NCBI RefSeq assembly: GCF_006345805.1
Contig: NC_042999.1
Location: forward strand, 8,432,001-8,496,000
Length of the DNA: 64,000 nt
Reading direction: 5' to 3'
Source: Octopus sinensis
Lineage: Eukaryota
This document shows positions 63,316 through 64,000 of the stretch, piece by piece (position 1 is the stretch's first letter; every line of letters starts with the position of its first letter). A program made the position numbers and the translations under genes. The notes beneath the pieces were generated by a model. The model ran no database searches and was not told the DNA's origin. It was given only the letters and a program-made list of their open reading frames with translations.

Positions 63316-64000
63316 TAGATACAGCAATTATTGTTGCTGTCAGTTTTTCTCTCTGTCTCGCATCCCTCTCCTCACTTATTTCCCTCTTCAGTGTTGCTCT
63401 CCATTAATAACTCTCAGTTTCCTTCTCTGCAAAATGTTTCTTCTTCTTTCCTTTTTTTTTCTTTTCTCATGCCGAATGAAAAACGTTTCTAAACATACAT
63501 GCGTGCTCTTTAGATATTCACCTTTTTGATTATAATGTCTGGCATAGCTTGCTTTTATTTCCTTGTTGGTCTGGAATTACATGAACCAATCTATCAAAGA
63601 CCTGTCATTATCATATACCAAGTTTGGTAAGAACTTAGAATATTTCCGTGTTGATGCACAAGTCACAACATATCACTCTGTGATTATTGCTAGTTATTCC
63701 TCTTCTCCAAAACTCACATAACCAAAAAGGAATCGGCCAAATTCTGTCTTTTCCTTGATTATACAGACGGCTGTTTACATTAGTATCTTGTTTAATAACT
63801 TTATTTGGGTAGAAGTTTTCTGTGGCTGGTCATTGATTTTATGGAAATGAAATCAGATCTGACTAGTTTCTGATTCCCAGCCAGAAATTATAAACCATTG
63901 TTGGTTTTTATATTGGTTGAAATTGTTTGTTTTTTTTTTTGTTTTTTTTTTTAAATTTTGCCAAATATTTTTCATCGATTCATTCTTTTTCACTTCCTTT

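Overview
Repeat-saturated, AT-rich animal DNA. The repeat families and microsatellite style suggest an octopod cephalopod (inference). No host gene can be assembled; only a few weak candidate micro-exons were seen. Most ORFs in the supplied track are microsatellite or retroelement-UTR artefacts. Supported content: (i) an RTE-clade LINE, as two long, disabled, mutually inverted copies (45072-48390 +, 58760-62240 -) plus about 20 5'-truncated 3' ends with hairpin-bearing tandem repeats; (ii) R4/Dong-like RT + restriction-like-endonuclease (RLE) retrotransposons, one long (48429-51825 -) and several fragments, the better-preserved ones in (TAA)n tracts; (iii) CR1/L2-group fragments; (iv) at least three tRNA-derived SINE families, often in tandem; (v) TTAA-ended MITEs. 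The main hidden signal is five unrelated repeat families that each carry a type I hammerhead ribozyme (HHR) motif of the kind known from Penelope-like elements (PLEs) and retrozymes, mostly in fold-back arrangement. One HHR has an intact core and GUC site (19974-20071) inside a 320-bp near-perfect inverted repeat. One family has a ~331-nt head-to-tail monomer. One joins a tRNA-like Pol III head, a (TAA)n tract and an HHR tail, and its TAA tract holds Dong-like insertions at three loci. All folds were assigned by eye and are untested.
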